A stretch of 64,000 nucleotides of DNA from an uncultured bacterium (GTDB lineage: Bacteria > Actinomycetota > Acidimicrobiia > Spongiisociales > UBA5794). Position numbers and translations under genes: made by a program. This document shows positions 9,288 to 19,863 of this stretch, piece by piece (within the stretch, counting starts at the first letter, position 1; each line of letters begins with the position of its first letter). The notes beneath the pieces are model-generated. The model made no database searches. It was not told the origin of the DNA and saw nothing but the letters and a program-made list of their open reading frames with translations. The stretch spans positions 416,001 to 480,000 of the forward strand of contig CAWDDT010000004.1 in NCBI GenBank assembly GCA_963801165.1. The letters are read 5' to 3'.

Positions 9288-9908
9288 TCAGTTGTGCTCG
9301 CTCGGGCCCATGATCGTGATGCCCTCGGTCTCCTCGACGTGCCGGACGAAGGCGTAGGTGTCCTCACGGCCGTCGGAATGCTTGCGCGCTATCCCGGGTT
9401 CGAGTATGCCATCGGTCTTCGCGACGACGACATACGGTTCACGCGCCGCTAGGCCCGCCGCACAGTGCATGTCGAATTCATCCAGGTCGCTTGTGACAAA
9501 CGCTTTCTCGATCCCGGCCCCCCGGGCGATCGCCGCCAGGTCGACCAAGCCCGAGGCGGTGTGGGTACGCGGGCCACCGATGGACTGGTACTGCTCGTTG
9601 TCCCAGACGACGACGAGCAGGTTCTCCGGGCGCTCGTTGCCCAGCGTCGCAAGAATGCCGAGGCCGAAGAGCATCCCGCCGTCGGTGTCCAGCGAGACGA
9701 TCTGCCGGTGCGGGAGCCCGACCGCCAGCCCGAACGCCTCGGGGGTCACGCAGCCCAGCTGCTGCTGGAAGAGGCTGGCCCGGCGCATGTGCGGGGCGGC
9801 GTTGTACCACTCGTCGACGGCGCCGCCTAGGGACAGCACCACCAGTTCGTCGCTCAGGCGCGCACCCAGGCGTTGCATGCACGCGAACCGGCGCAGGCGT
9901 GGGCTCAT
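9288..9908 (-). CDS. TPP-dependent decarboxylase beta subunit (ComE/phosphonopyruvate decarboxylase-like)
   Basis: TPP motif variant DTDGGMLF...VVWDNEQYQSIGG. Confidence 0.8.
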   Translation of the reverse strand: MSPRLRRFACMQRLGARLSDELVVLSLGGAVDEWYNAAPHMRRASLFQQQLGCVTPEAFGLAVGLPHRQIVSLDTDGGMLFGLGILATLGNERPENLLVVVWDNEQYQSIGGPRTHTASGLVDLAAIARGAGIEKAFVTSDLDEFDMHCAAGLAAREPYVVVAKTDGILEPGIARKHSDGREDTYAFVRHVEETEGITIMGPSEHN

Positions 9909-10405
9909 CGAACGATTCCTCCGCCGAGCACAATGGCCGAGTGGTGGTAGGCGGCGTAGGACCAAGCATACGCATCGGTGATGGCCCGCTCGATCTCGTC
10001 GACGTCGCGCACGATCCGGTACGGTGTCCGCAGCGCCTGCAGGATCGGCTCCATCGTGATGCCGTGCGGCACAGCCCACCAGTTGTTCTCTCCGAGCTCA
10101 CCGCGATAGCTCATGACCATGATCACCGGGATTCCGGCGCCCAGGCCCATCCGGGCCAGGTGCTCTGTGGCTGCCCGGAGCCCGGAGTTCTCCATCACCA
10201 GCGCGGCCCGCTTTCCGGACAGGAAGACGCCGCCGCAGATGGCGGCCCCCTCGCCCTCGTTAGTCACCGGGATGGTGCGCAGGTCGGGGTCCGCTTCCAG
10301 GGCCGGGTACAGCTCCTTGAGAAGCGAGTCCGGCAGGTACGCGACGACGCTCACGCCGGCAGCCTTCAGGCCCCGGACGACAGCGTCGACGGCATCGGGT
10401 GTCAT
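9905..10405 (-). CDS. TPP-dependent decarboxylase alpha subunit (ComD-like)
   Basis: LPDSLL...NEGEGAAICGG...MENSGL...SYRGELGE. Confidence 0.85.
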   Translation of the reverse strand: MTPDAVDAVVRGLKAAGVSVVAYLPDSLLKELYPALEADPDLRTIPVTNEGEGAAICGGVFLSGKRAALVMENSGLRAATEHLARMGLGAGIPVIMVMSYRGELGENNWWAVPHGITMEPILQALRTPYRIVRDVDEIERAITDAYAWSYAAYHHSAIVLGGGIVR

Positions 10406-10668
10406 GAGCGCTCCATCGGATCTGTCCTCGGACGGGTTCTCGACCGGGTGGTCACTGTAGCCCGATGACTCGGAGGCTGATTCGTGTCCGATCGACGTTG
10501 TCCTGGTCGTCAAGAGCCCGGGCCGCTGAACGAGGATCAGCAGGGTTTCGACGAAAGGTGTCGACGATGCGCTGGCGATTGCCAGCCGTTGCCCCAAGAA
10601 AAGGCATGCGTGTTACATGTACGTTGGTAGAATGCGGCGTTGAGCGAGATTGAAAGGATTGTTCACCC

Positions 10669-11379
10669 GTGGTCTATGAGACTCTCAAGTCGATCCGGCC
10701 CGGTCGTCTTCTTGCCGATGAGGCCTACGCACAGCTGAGCGAGGGCATTCTGCGCAACGAGCTTCCGCCGGGAACTTCGCTGTCGGTGCCGGAGCTTTCA
10801 CGGCAGCTTGGGATCAGCCGCAGCCCTGTTCGTGAGGCTGTGCAGAGGCTTATATACAATGGGCTTGCCGACTATCGGGGACGGCGTGGCACGGTCGTTT
10901 CTTCGATAGGTATCCCTGAGTTCGTCGCTCTGCTCGATGTTCGGGAGGTGTTGGAGGGCTTGGCGGCTCGAAGAGCGGCGGAATTGGCCACGTCTGCTGA
11001 ACGCGCACGTCTCGAGCAACTCCATGCCGGGTTCGGTGGCATCCCCCGGGGGGCCGAGGCATCGATTTCGGGTTTCGTTGAGCACGACATGGCGTTTCAC
11101 CGACTCATTCGTGGAATGGCCCGAAACGAGGAGCTGGCGATGATCCTCGAGCGATCACAGGCGCGCGCACATCTGTCTATGCATTCGCTGTGGGGTGGTA
11201 CTCACAACGTTGATGCCGCGCAGGCAGAGCATGGCGACATCTGTGCCGCGATTGTGGCGGGAGATGGTGAACTGGCCGAAGTGGCGGCGAAACGTCACAT
11301 CGCTGGGCTTCGAAGCCGGACGCTTGCGTTCTCGGCCGGGAAGACACTGCCGGTCACAGAATCTGCTGCTTCTGGTTGA
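10669..11379 (+). CDS. GntR family regulator with FCD domain
   Basis: wHTH LGISRSPVREA; FCD motifs REVLE, DMAFH, EHGDI. Confidence 0.92.
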   Translation: MVYETLKSIRPGRLLADEAYAQLSEGILRNELPPGTSLSVPELSRQLGISRSPVREAVQRLIYNGLADYRGRRGTVVSSIGIPEFVALLDVREVLEGLAARRAAELATSAERARLEQLHAGFGGIPRGAEASISGFVEHDMAFHRLIRGMARNEELAMILERSQARAHLSMHSLWGGTHNVDAAQAEHGDICAAIVAGDGELAEVAAKRHIAGLRSRTLAFSAGKTLPVTESAASG

Positions 11380-11440
11380 TGGTTCGGCCGGGTCTGTCAA
11401 ATCACCCGGGTCGAGGATTCTCGGTGAACCGCAGGTCTAC

Positions 11441-11468
11441 TTGACGTGAAACATCTTACATGTAACAT
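11441..11468 (+). promoter_or_regulatory. Promoter with overlapping palindromic operator
   Basis: TTGACG-N16-TAACAT; TTACATGTAA palindrome at 11456..11465; similar site at 10612..10622. Confidence 0.55.
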
Positions 11469-11499
11469 ACATCAAGAGTTGGAGGAGGTGCAGAGTATC

Positions 11500-12411
11500 T
11501 TGACGTACGGCTCAGTAGAGGCAGTCAGTCCCGTCGACTCGGTCCCTCGACCAATGTCATGGGACGAGGCTCTTGCCCTCCGATCGGCACACCCCGAGAT
11601 GGTGCCGATTTGTGGTGGAACAGATCTCATGGTCGAGATCAACTTTGGCCGCACGCGGCCCGCACGACTGCTTGACCTGACGCATATCCCGGAACTGGAC
11701 TCCTGGGAGCTAGTAGGAGACGGAACTGCTGTGCGTATAGGCGCCGGCGTTTCGTACACCAGGATCATCTCTGAGCTCAAAGACCTGTGCCCCGGTCTGG
11801 CGCAGGCCGCGCGTACCGTCGGGTCACCTCAAATTCGCAATCGTGGGACCGTGGCCGGCAACCTCGGGACCGCATCGCCCGCTGGTGATTCGCATCCGCC
11901 GCTCTTTGCCGTGAGGGCCACGGTCGAGGCAGCGTCGACACGGGGTACTCGATTGATCGCGATCGATGACTACTTCCTCGGTCCCAAGCGGAATGCACTC
12001 GAACCCGACGAGCTCATCCGGGCGATCCTCGTCCCGGTCGCCACGGGCCCGCAGCAGTTTGCCAAGGTTGGGCCCCGAACCGCCATGGTCATAGCCACCG
12101 CGTCGTTTGCGGTGAGTCTCGACCCGGTCGACGGCCGGGTCGGCACCGGCATCGGCTCTGCGGGGCCGACTCCCTTGCGTGCGAGAGCGGCAGAACAGCT
12201 GCTCGAAGCTGTCTTGCGGGACCGCTGGTCGGTTCCCGGTCTTCCGGATGCCGACACGCTTGCTGACTTTGGGAGGCACGTGGCCGCTGCGGCTTCGCCC
12301 ATCGACGATGTTCGTGGCACAGCCGACTATCGCCGTCACGCCTTGTCCGTAATTTCGGGGCGCTGCCTCAAGTGGGCATGGACGCAGCTACACGAGGAGT
12401 CGCAGCAATGA
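11500..12411 (+). CDS. Xanthine dehydrogenase family FAD-binding subunit (start uncertain)
   Basis: GGTDL, VGSPQIRNRGTVAGNLGTASPAGD, PIDDVRGTADYRR. Confidence 0.92.
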   Translation: MTYGSVEAVSPVDSVPRPMSWDEALALRSAHPEMVPICGGTDLMVEINFGRTRPARLLDLTHIPELDSWELVGDGTAVRIGAGVSYTRIISELKDLCPGLAQAARTVGSPQIRNRGTVAGNLGTASPAGDSHPPLFAVRATVEAASTRGTRLIAIDDYFLGPKRNALEPDELIRAILVPVATGPQQFAKVGPRTAMVIATASFAVSLDPVDGRVGTGIGSAGPTPLRARAAEQLLEAVLRDRWSVPGLPDADTLADFGRHVAAAASPIDDVRGTADYRRHALSVISGRCLKWAWTQLHEESQQ

Positions 12412-12890
12412 GGGTGCGGCTGACGGTCAATGGTATCGATCAGGTCATTGATGACGCTGCGGAGATGGAGAGCCTGCTGTTCCTGCTTCGGGAGCGGCTG
12501 CAGCTGCGGGGAAGCAAGAATGCTTGCGAACAGGGAGAGTGTGGCTCGTGCTCGGTGCTTTTGGATGGCGTGCTGGTATGCGCCTGTCTTGTCGCGACGG
12601 GTCAGGTCGACGGGGCGAATGTCGTCACCGTTGAAGGGCTCGCAGGAACGGGAGAAGGAGAGCCTCAACACCCGATTCAGAAGGCGTTTGTGGACAGCGG
12701 CGCCGTCCAATGCGGCTTCTGCACGCCGGGCATGGTCATGTCGACGCTTGCCCTACTCGAGGCGAATCCGTTGCCCGACGAATTAACGGTTCGAGAAGAG
12801 CTTTCGGGGAACCTCTGCAGGTGTACCGGCTACAAGAAGATTCTCGATGCGGTGAACATGGCTGCGGCGCAGATGGGAGGTAGCTCATGA
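12408..12890 (+). CDS. XDH family 2Fe-2S subunit
   Basis: [11 protein letters not shown]...C and QCGFCTPG...GNLCRCTGY. Confidence 0.95.
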   Translation: MRVRLTVNGIDQVIDDAAEMESLLFLLRERLQLRGSKNACEQGECGSCSVLLDGVLVCACLVATGQVDGANVVTVEGLAGTGEGEPQHPIQKAFVDSGAVQCGFCTPGMVMSTLALLEANPLPDELTVREELSGNLCRCTGYKKILDAVNMAAAQMGGSS

Positions 12891-13900
12891 AGGCTACCGA
12901 AAAGATCCCGGTCACCATCCTCACCGGCTTCCTTGGTTCGGGCAAGACCACGCTGCTGAATTACATCTTGCGTGAACAGCACGGTAAGCGCATCGCCATC
13001 ATCGAGAACGAGGCCGGCGAGATCGACATCGACTCCGACCTCGTGGTTGCCTCAGACGAAGAGATCTACAAGATGGCCAACGGCTGCATCTGTTGCGTCA
13101 CTTCGGTTCGTGCGGACCTGCTCGATGTCATCAAGAAGCTGATGAAGCGCGAGGACCGCATCGACTACATCATGATCGAGACCAGCGGTCTCGCCGATCC
13201 GATGCCGGTTGCCCAGTCCTTCTTCCAGGAGGAGGCGGTACTGGATGAGGTGAACCTCGACGCCATTGTGGCCCTCGTAGACTCAAAGCACATCGAGCAA
13301 CACCTCGACGATATTCGCTACGACGGCATAGACAACCAGGCGGTCGATCAGATCGTGAGCGCCGACCGCATCATCATCAACAAGATCGATCTGGTCGATG
13401 CCGCCACAGTTGATCGCATAAAGGCGAGGGTCAGAGAGCTGAACCAGCGCTCCGAAATCGACACATCTAGCTACGCAGAGGTGAACCTCGACGGGGTTCT
13501 GGGGACCAGGGCTTTTGAGCTGTTGCAGCGAGCAGCCAGTGATCCGACCTTCCTGGAGAACCACTACGTCCACAGTCACGATCCCGCTGTTGAAACCCAC
13601 TCGATTCGTTTGAGTGGCGAACTTGATGGCGACGCCGTGGAGCGGGTTGCCGCGACCGTTGCAGAGGACTACGGAGCAGACCTCTTGCGCTGGAAGGGTG
13701 TTCTCGCGATAGCCGGCAACCCGAATCGAGTGGCGCTGCAAGGAGTACACCAGGTCTACGAGCTGCACGATCTCGATGAATGGCCGACCGGTCACCGGGA
13801 CAGCCGGGTCGTCTTCATTGGGAAAAGCCTTCGCAAGGATGATCTCGTCGAGAGGTTCGAGAGCTGCGCTGTGGACTCATCTCAGGTGGTGCCGCAATGA
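12887..13900 (+). CDS. CobW/COG0523 family GTPase metallochaperone
   Basis: [37 protein letters not shown]...QGVH. Confidence 0.93.
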   Translation: MKATEKIPVTILTGFLGSGKTTLLNYILREQHGKRIAIIENEAGEIDIDSDLVVASDEEIYKMANGCICCVTSVRADLLDVIKKLMKREDRIDYIMIETSGLADPMPVAQSFFQEEAVLDEVNLDAIVALVDSKHIEQHLDDIRYDGIDNQAVDQIVSADRIIINKIDLVDAATVDRIKARVRELNQRSEIDTSSYAEVNLDGVLGTRAFELLQRAASDPTFLENHYVHSHDPAVETHSIRLSGELDGDAVERVAATVAEDYGADLLRWKGVLAIAGNPNRVALQGVHQVYELHDLDEWPTGHRDSRVVFIGKSLRKDDLVERFESCAVDSSQVVPQ

Positions 13901-16284
13901 GCGCGGGGGGAACCACCCTGAGCGACAGAGCGACCCGTCAGAGCGCGGCAGGTGTCGGTACGTCGGCATCTCGCCCCGACGGGATTCCGAAGGTCGATGG
14001 CTCATTCATCTACTCCTCCGACGAGTATCACGAGGGGTCGCTGTGGGGAGCCACCCTCCGTAGCCCCCATCCTCGGGCTCGCATCGTGTCGATCGACACC
14101 TCGGCCGCCGAAGGCGTTGACGGTGTTGCAGCGGTGTTGACGCATCAGGATGTGCCGGGATCGAAGACGTACGGAATGAAGATCTCGGATCAACCTGTCC
14201 TCGCTTTCGACGAGGCCCGGTACCAGGGCGAACCAGTTGCGCTGGTTGCAGCTACCCATCCCGATATCGCGCGCCGGGCCTGTGGTCTCATCGAGGTGCA
14301 ATACGAGGAGCTGATTCCGAATACGGATCCGGAGGCGTCCTTGACAGGCACCGTCGACGGTCTTCGCAACGGTGGTTTGGCCCGTCATGTGAAGATCCGT
14401 CATGGCGATGTGGCCGCGGCCCGTGACCATGCCGACGTGGTGATCGAGGCCCGGTATGAGCTCGGGACCCAGGACCCAGCGTTCCTCGGGCCGGAATCCG
14501 GTCTTGCCGTTCCGGTTGGCGACGGTGGCGTCGAACTCTACGTCTCTTGCCAGAACCTCCATCTCGATCAGAAGCAAGTCGCGGCGAGCCTCGGGTTGCC
14601 GTTGGAGAAGGTCCGACTCGTCCTCTCGGGGGTTGGGGGAGCGTTCGGTGGCAAAGAAGACCTGAATGTTCATATCCACGCCTGCATGCTCGCGCTGGCA
14701 ACCGGCCGACCAGTCCGCATGGTCTATAACCGCGAAGAGTCCTTCTTCGGGCACGTCCACAGGCATCCGGCGACCGCTACCGTGGAGCTGGGCGCGACAA
14801 ACGACGGGAGGCTGGTCTTCAGCAAAGTCCGGCTGGTTCTCGACGGTGGTGCGTATACCTCTACCTCAGAAATAGTGATTGCCAACGGCTCGTACTTTGC
14901 GGCCGGTGCCTATCGATGCCCCAACGTGGAGATCGATGGCTATGCGACGTACACCAACAACCCTCCGTGCGGTGCCATGCGTGGATTTGGTGCCGTGCAA
15001 TCTTGTTACGCGATCGAGTCAGCCATGGATCGTCTGGCTCGTGAACTCGGCCTGCACCCGCTGGACCTCCGGATGCGCAACGCAATCACCGCCGGTGACC
15101 TCCTCCCCACCGGTCAGCTCATCGATGGTCCAGCGCCGGTGCGGGAATTACTGATGTTCCTGCGCGACCTGCCTCTTCCAGAGGAACCTGCCGATGAGTT
15201 GTGCGACCTTCGATCCCGTCCCGGCGGTGTCGGCAACGTCACTCATGGCGAAGGCATCAAGCGCGGGATCGGCTATGCGCTCGGCATGAAGGCCATCGGG
15301 TTCTCCGGCGGAGTCGATGACACCTCGACGGCACAGGTCACGCTGTTGATTCACGACGGCGAGCCGATTGCCGAGGTGTACTGCGCAGCTGCAGAATTGG
15401 GTCAGGGCATCGTGACTCTCGAGACCCAGGTGGTCCGCACCGAGCTCGGAGTCAGCAAGGTCGTGCTGGCGGACAAAGACACCCTGATCGGCGAAGCCGG
15501 GGCATCGTCCGCCTCGCGCCAGAGCTGGATGAGCTGCGGTGCCGTGCTCGGAGCCTGCGAGTCGGTTCGTGAAGACCTATTGGAACGGGCCGCTGTGATG
15601 GTCGGCGAGCCCGCCGGGTTGTTGCGGTTTGACGGCATCGACATCTGTATGGCGGAAGACGGTCGACCCCTGATCAGCGCTGCTGAAGTTCTCGGTGAAG
15701 AGCCCGTCTCCCACACCTTCACCTATCACCACCGTCCCACCGAAGCGATCGACCAGGAGCGCGGGCAGGGCGACGCCCATATAGCCTTCGCCTATGCGGC
15801 CCATCGAGCGGTGGTGGACGTTGATGTCGAGCTCGGGTTGGTGCGTGTCGTAGAACTCGCCGTTGCTCAAGACGTCGGTCGGGCATTGAATCCCATCGCG
15901 GTCGAAGGGCAGATCGAGGGGGCATCGGTGCAAGGTCTCGGTCTGGCCGTCATGGAGGAGATACAGATCGACGAGGGCCATGTCCGCAATCCGTCTTTCA
16001 CCGACTACCTCATTCCGACGATGCTCGACGTTCCACCGATGCCGATGAAGGTGTTCGAGTTTCCCCACCCCGACTCGCCGTACGGGCTCAACGGAGTTGG
16101 CGAACCGTCCAGCTTGTCCTCGACTCCCGCAATTCTCAATGCTCTGCGTTCTGCCACAGGTCTTGACCTGCGGCGGGCACCTGTCCGACCGACCGATTTC
16201 CTATCAACCGATTTCCTATCAACCGATTTCCTATCAACCGATTTCCTATCAACCGATTTCCTATCAAAGGAGGAAACTGCATGA
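13897..16284 (+). CDS. XDH family molybdopterin-binding subunit (PucD-like)
   Basis: [33 protein letters not shown]. Confidence 0.93.
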   Translation: MSAGGTTLSDRATRQSAAGVGTSASRPDGIPKVDGSFIYSSDEYHEGSLWGATLRSPHPRARIVSIDTSAAEGVDGVAAVLTHQDVPGSKTYGMKISDQPVLAFDEARYQGEPVALVAATHPDIARRACGLIEVQYEELIPNTDPEASLTGTVDGLRNGGLARHVKIRHGDVAAARDHADVVIEARYELGTQDPAFLGPESGLAVPVGDGGVELYVSCQNLHLDQKQVAASLGLPLEKVRLVLSGVGGAFGGKEDLNVHIHACMLALATGRPVRMVYNREESFFGHVHRHPATATVELGATNDGRLVFSKVRLVLDGGAYTSTSEIVIANGSYFAAGAYRCPNVEIDGYATYTNNPPCGAMRGFGAVQSCYAIESAMDRLARELGLHPLDLRMRNAITAGDLLPTGQLIDGPAPVRELLMFLRDLPLPEEPADELCDLRSRPGGVGNVTHGEGIKRGIGYALGMKAIGFSGGVDDTSTAQVTLLIHDGEPIAEVYCAAAELGQGIVTLETQVVRTELGVSKVVLADKDTLIGEAGASSASRQSWMSCGAVLGACESVREDLLERAAVMVGEPAGLLRFDGIDICMAEDGRPLISAAEVLGEEPVSHTFTYHHRPTEAIDQERGQGDAHIAFAYAAHRAVVDVDVELGLVRVVELAVAQDVGRALNPIAVEGQIEGASVQGLGLAVMEEIQIDEGHVRNPSFTDYLIPTMLDVPPMPMKVFEFPHPDSPYGLNGVGEPSSLSSTPAILNALRSATGLDLRRAPVRPTDFLSTDFLSTDFLSTDFLSTDFLSKEETA
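16192..16266 (+). repeat. Perfect tandem repeat, 5 x 15 bp (ACCGATTTCCTATCA)
   Basis: Read directly; encodes (TDFLS)5 at the Mo-subunit C-terminus and abuts the AAGGAGG RBS of the next gene. Confidence 0.97.
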
Positions 16285-17201
16285 TTATCGACACCCATCT
16301 ACATCCAACCAACGTGGTGGATGAGGCGTGGCGTCACACGGGCACTCCGTTCACCGGTGAGCGGATGATCGAGATGATGGATGGCCCCTATTGGATAAAC
16401 GGCAAGCCGCGGCGTATCGACATGGGGTTCATCCAGAACCCTCCCGGGAACACGGTATGGCGTGACGGTCGTGCTGGTGGCCGCGAAGGTATTCGCGACT
16501 ACATGAAGTACATCACCGAGCTGACCCAGACGTACCCGGACCGGTTCATCGGCAACTTCACGTACAACCCGCGTTATGGACCGGAGAACGGTGCTGCCGA
16601 GCTTGAGTTCCATGTCAAGGAATTCGGCTTCAAGATGCTGAAGCTGCATTCGAACATGCACGCGTACCGTCCCGACCGGGCCCTGGACTGGCTACGGCCG
16701 GTAATGAAGAAATGCGACGAGCTTGGTGTGATCGTCCTGATCCACACCGGTGACGGGCCCTATTCGATTCCGACACAGTTCTATCCGATCATTCGCGAGT
16801 TCCCGAACGTCAAGTTCATCATTGGGCACTTCGGCGTGCAGACCGGTGGTGTGTATTGCTTCGAGGCCTTCTGGATGATCATGGACTCACCAAACGTGTG
16901 GGGCGAATCCGGTTGGCTGCTGCAATCACGGATCGTCGAATTCGCCAAGGAGATGCCGCGCGATCGTCTGGTATTTGGCACAGACTCGCCACCAAACGAC
17001 CCGGGCATGTGGCTGACAGAGCTCGAAGTTCTCTGCCATGAGCCACCGCAGGGCCTTAATATCGGCGAGGACCAACTCGAGGACTACATGGGCAACAACA
17101 TTGCCCGACTTGTCGGAATCACCCCGACGGCCCCACCAAAGGACGTCGAGGCCGCCAAGGCGCAACTTGCCGCCGGTAGCTACGGCACCCCGATTACATA
17201 G
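16281..17201 (+). CDS. Amidohydrolase family protein (Amidohydro_2-like)
   Basis: IIDTHLH, LKLH, LIHTG, IIGHFG, VFGTDSP. Confidence 0.88.
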   Translation: MIIDTHLHPTNVVDEAWRHTGTPFTGERMIEMMDGPYWINGKPRRIDMGFIQNPPGNTVWRDGRAGGREGIRDYMKYITELTQTYPDRFIGNFTYNPRYGPENGAAELEFHVKEFGFKMLKLHSNMHAYRPDRALDWLRPVMKKCDELGVIVLIHTGDGPYSIPTQFYPIIREFPNVKFIIGHFGVQTGGVYCFEAFWMIMDSPNVWGESGWLLQSRIVEFAKEMPRDRLVFGTDSPPNDPGMWLTELEVLCHEPPQGLNIGEDQLEDYMGNNIARLVGITPTAPPKDVEAAKAQLAAGSYGTPIT

Positions 17202-17212
17202 CGGAGCGAGCA

Positions 17213-17830
17213 ATGTCCGGACGCGAGACAGCGGGATCGAGTGGCGCAAGCACTCGCCCGCGTCTCGTGGTCGGGATCACCGGCTCGAGCGCTCCGCACT
17301 ACGGACTTCAGCTGCTGAGGTGCCTCCATGAATTGGGTTCAGTAGAGACGCATCTGGTGGTTTCGGAGCAGGGCAGGGAGAACATCAAGATCGAGGCGGG
17401 CCTTGATCCCACTCTAGTGAGCGGCTGGGCCGACGTCGTCCACGATCCACGCGACTTCGCAGCGGTGATCTCGTCGGGTTCGTTTCTAACAATGGGAATG
17501 GTGATAGCTCCGTGCTCGATGAGCACACTCGCCTCGATCGCTCACGGGATCACAACGAACTTGTTGGTCCGTGCCGCGGACGTGTGCCTGAAGGAGCGAC
17601 GGCGGCTGGTGCTGGTTCCGCGGGAAACACCGCTTAGCCTGATTCATCTCCGCAACATGGTGGCCGTCACCGAAGCGGGCGCCACGGTACTACCCCCGAC
17701 GCCCGCGTTCTACCACGACCCACGCTCAATCGATGACCTCATTGCGCAGACGACGGGCAAGATCCTTGATCAATTCGGGATACGTCACGACCTTTTCAAG
17801 AGGTGGCGAGAGGAGCCTGACCTCACGTGA
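17213..17830 (+). CDS. ubiX: Flavin prenyltransferase
   Basis: GITGSS, ISSGSF, APCSMSTL, RAADVCLKERRRLVLVPRETP, PAFY. Confidence 0.95.
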   Translation: MSGRETAGSSGASTRPRLVVGITGSSAPHYGLQLLRCLHELGSVETHLVVSEQGRENIKIEAGLDPTLVSGWADVVHDPRDFAAVISSGSFLTMGMVIAPCSMSTLASIAHGITTNLLVRAADVCLKERRRLVLVPRETPLSLIHLRNMVAVTEAGATVLPPTPAFYHDPRSIDDLIAQTTGKILDQFGIRHDLFKRWREEPDLT

Positions 17831-19214
17831 GTGCATTCACCGCCGATCAAGACCTTCACTCCTTCGTTGCCTCATACGAGGAGGAGTACCCCGATGATGT
17901 GTTGATAGTCGACCAACCCGTATCTCCGGTCCAGGATGTTACGGGCGTCGTCTGGGAACTCGCCTCGGCGGGCCGTCACGAGATGCTTCACTTTTCGAAC
18001 GTCGTCGGTATCGAGCACGACGTCGTGACCAATATTTTCGCGTTCGCGACGGCGGATCGCACGCCTCCTCGGGGTGGATGCAGGATCGCTACACGAGGAG
18101 TTCCAAAGGCGCGCCACGAATCTGATCCCACCCAAGGAGGTGGCTACAGCTCCTGTGCTGGACGAAGTCCATGCGTCGGGAGGATTCGACCTACATGACT
18201 TGCCGCTCATCACCCATTTCGAAACCGACCGTGCCCCCTACATCACGAGTGGAATCGTCGTCGCTGAGGATCCGAACGGTGTCGGCAACCTGAGCTACCA
18301 CCGGGCCATGGTCCACTCCTCTTCCGAACTGGCCACCAGCCTCCATTCCCGGGGCGATTTGTGGCGACTGCTGCAGGGAGCCGGGGAGCGGGGCGAGGTG
18401 CTCCCCGTGGCGATGGTGGTGGGCGGGCATCCGCTGTTCATGCTGGGAGCTGCGGCCCGTGTTCCGATCACGGTGGATGAGCGTCAGGTTGCCGGGGGCC
18501 TCTTTGGGGAGCCGCTCCAGGTAGTGCGCACGCCACTCCACGGGATTCAGGTGCCGGCCACATGCGGAACTCGTGCTCGAGGGCTTCATTGATCCGGCCG
18601 CCCACGCGGCGGAGGGGCCATTCGGGGAGTTCAGCGGATATTCCTCCGACCGATCGACGAACAACGTTATCCATGTAGAGAACGTGCTCAAACGCCGCAA
18701 CGCAGTACTGGTCGATGTCGTTGGCGGCAACTCGGCGGAGCATTTGAACCTCGGTCGAATCCCCCGCGAGTCCGAGATGAGCGAGAAGCTCAAAGCCAGG
18801 TTCCCGTCAGTCACCGCGGTCCACTATCCAAGCTCCGGTACGCACTTTCACTGCTATGTCGCGGTGGACCAACGCCGACCCGGAGAGGCACGGCAGATCA
18901 TGCTCGCCCTTCTCGGTTGGGATCCATACCTCAAGACGGTGGTGGCGGTCGACTCCGATGTCGAATGCTCGAGCGATGCCGATGTCCTCTGGGCGCTGGC
19001 GACACACTTCCAGCCGGCGCGCGACCTATTTGTCATCCCGGGCCTTCCCGGCAGCGCGCTGGACCCATCGTCGATGCCCGACGGATCAACCTCGCGCATG
19101 GGCCTTGACGCTACCCGCGGGGCGGATTTCCGCGGCACGCGCATTGCCATATCGGCCGAAGCGCGATCCCGGGCAGCCGAAATTGTTGCTGACCGTATAG
19201 GCGGAGGACGGTGA
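17827..19214 (+). CDS. UbiD family prFMN-dependent decarboxylase, two frameshifts (~18045, ~18570)
   Basis: Three consecutive ORFs carry LPLITH...YITSG, NLSYHR, EGPFGEFSGY, VAVDSDV...VLWAL, SALDPS. Confidence 0.85.
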
Positions 19215-19304
19215 CCGTCGAGTGAACTCCACACCACTGTGGCGCGGTGCCGGGTCGAGGCGCAACGGGTCGCATTGCCGGTGCTGGCCCCGTTGACAGC
19301 AGGC

Positions 19305-19760
19305 ATGTCCGACCGTCGTGATGAGGCATTGGCCTACGTCGAGAGCCACAACGTCATGACGCTTGCCACAAATGGCACTCGAGGGCCGTGGGCCACTGCC
19401 GTGTTCTACGTGAACGAAGGTTTCACGCTCACGTTCCTCTCCTCGCCGCGGAGCCGACATGCGAGTGATCTGGCTGTAGATTCTCGCTGTGGCGCAGCAG
19501 TTCACGAGGACTACTCAGATTGGCGGCAGATCAGGGGCCTCCAACTGGAGGGGAATGTCCGGGTGTTGTCAGGCACCGAGCAGCGCAAGGCCATCAAGCG
19601 ATATGCACAGAAGTTCCCCGTAACCCGTCTCGATCAAGCACCCGCGGTGGTACGGGCGGCTCTGGAACGAGTGGCCTGGTACGAGTTTGTTCCGGATCGT
19701 TGCTTCTTCGTCGACAACACACACAGCTTCGGCCGTCGGGACGAAATCCTGCTCGCATGA
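19305..19760 (+). CDS. Pyridoxamine 5'-phosphate oxidase-like FMN-binding protein
   Basis: HNVMTLAT...PWATAVFY...SRH...IRGLQLEG...DNTHSFG. Confidence 0.8.
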   Translation: MSDRRDEALAYVESHNVMTLATNGTRGPWATAVFYVNEGFTLTFLSSPRSRHASDLAVDSRCGAAVHEDYSDWRQIRGLQLEGNVRVLSGTEQRKAIKRYAQKFPVTRLDQAPAVVRAALERVAWYEFVPDRCFFVDNTHSFGRRDEILLA

Positions 19761-19863
19761 ACTCCGCGGATGATTCGCTAGGAAGCCGGGACTTGGTAGC
19801 CGACGCGTTCCTCATCGATCTGTGTGGGTTCGACAGGGGCCGGGCGCTCCCTCCGCGGCCCCG

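Noticed and set aside
16192-16266. CRISPR array
   Set aside because: Contiguous 15-bp units with no spacers and no cas genes.
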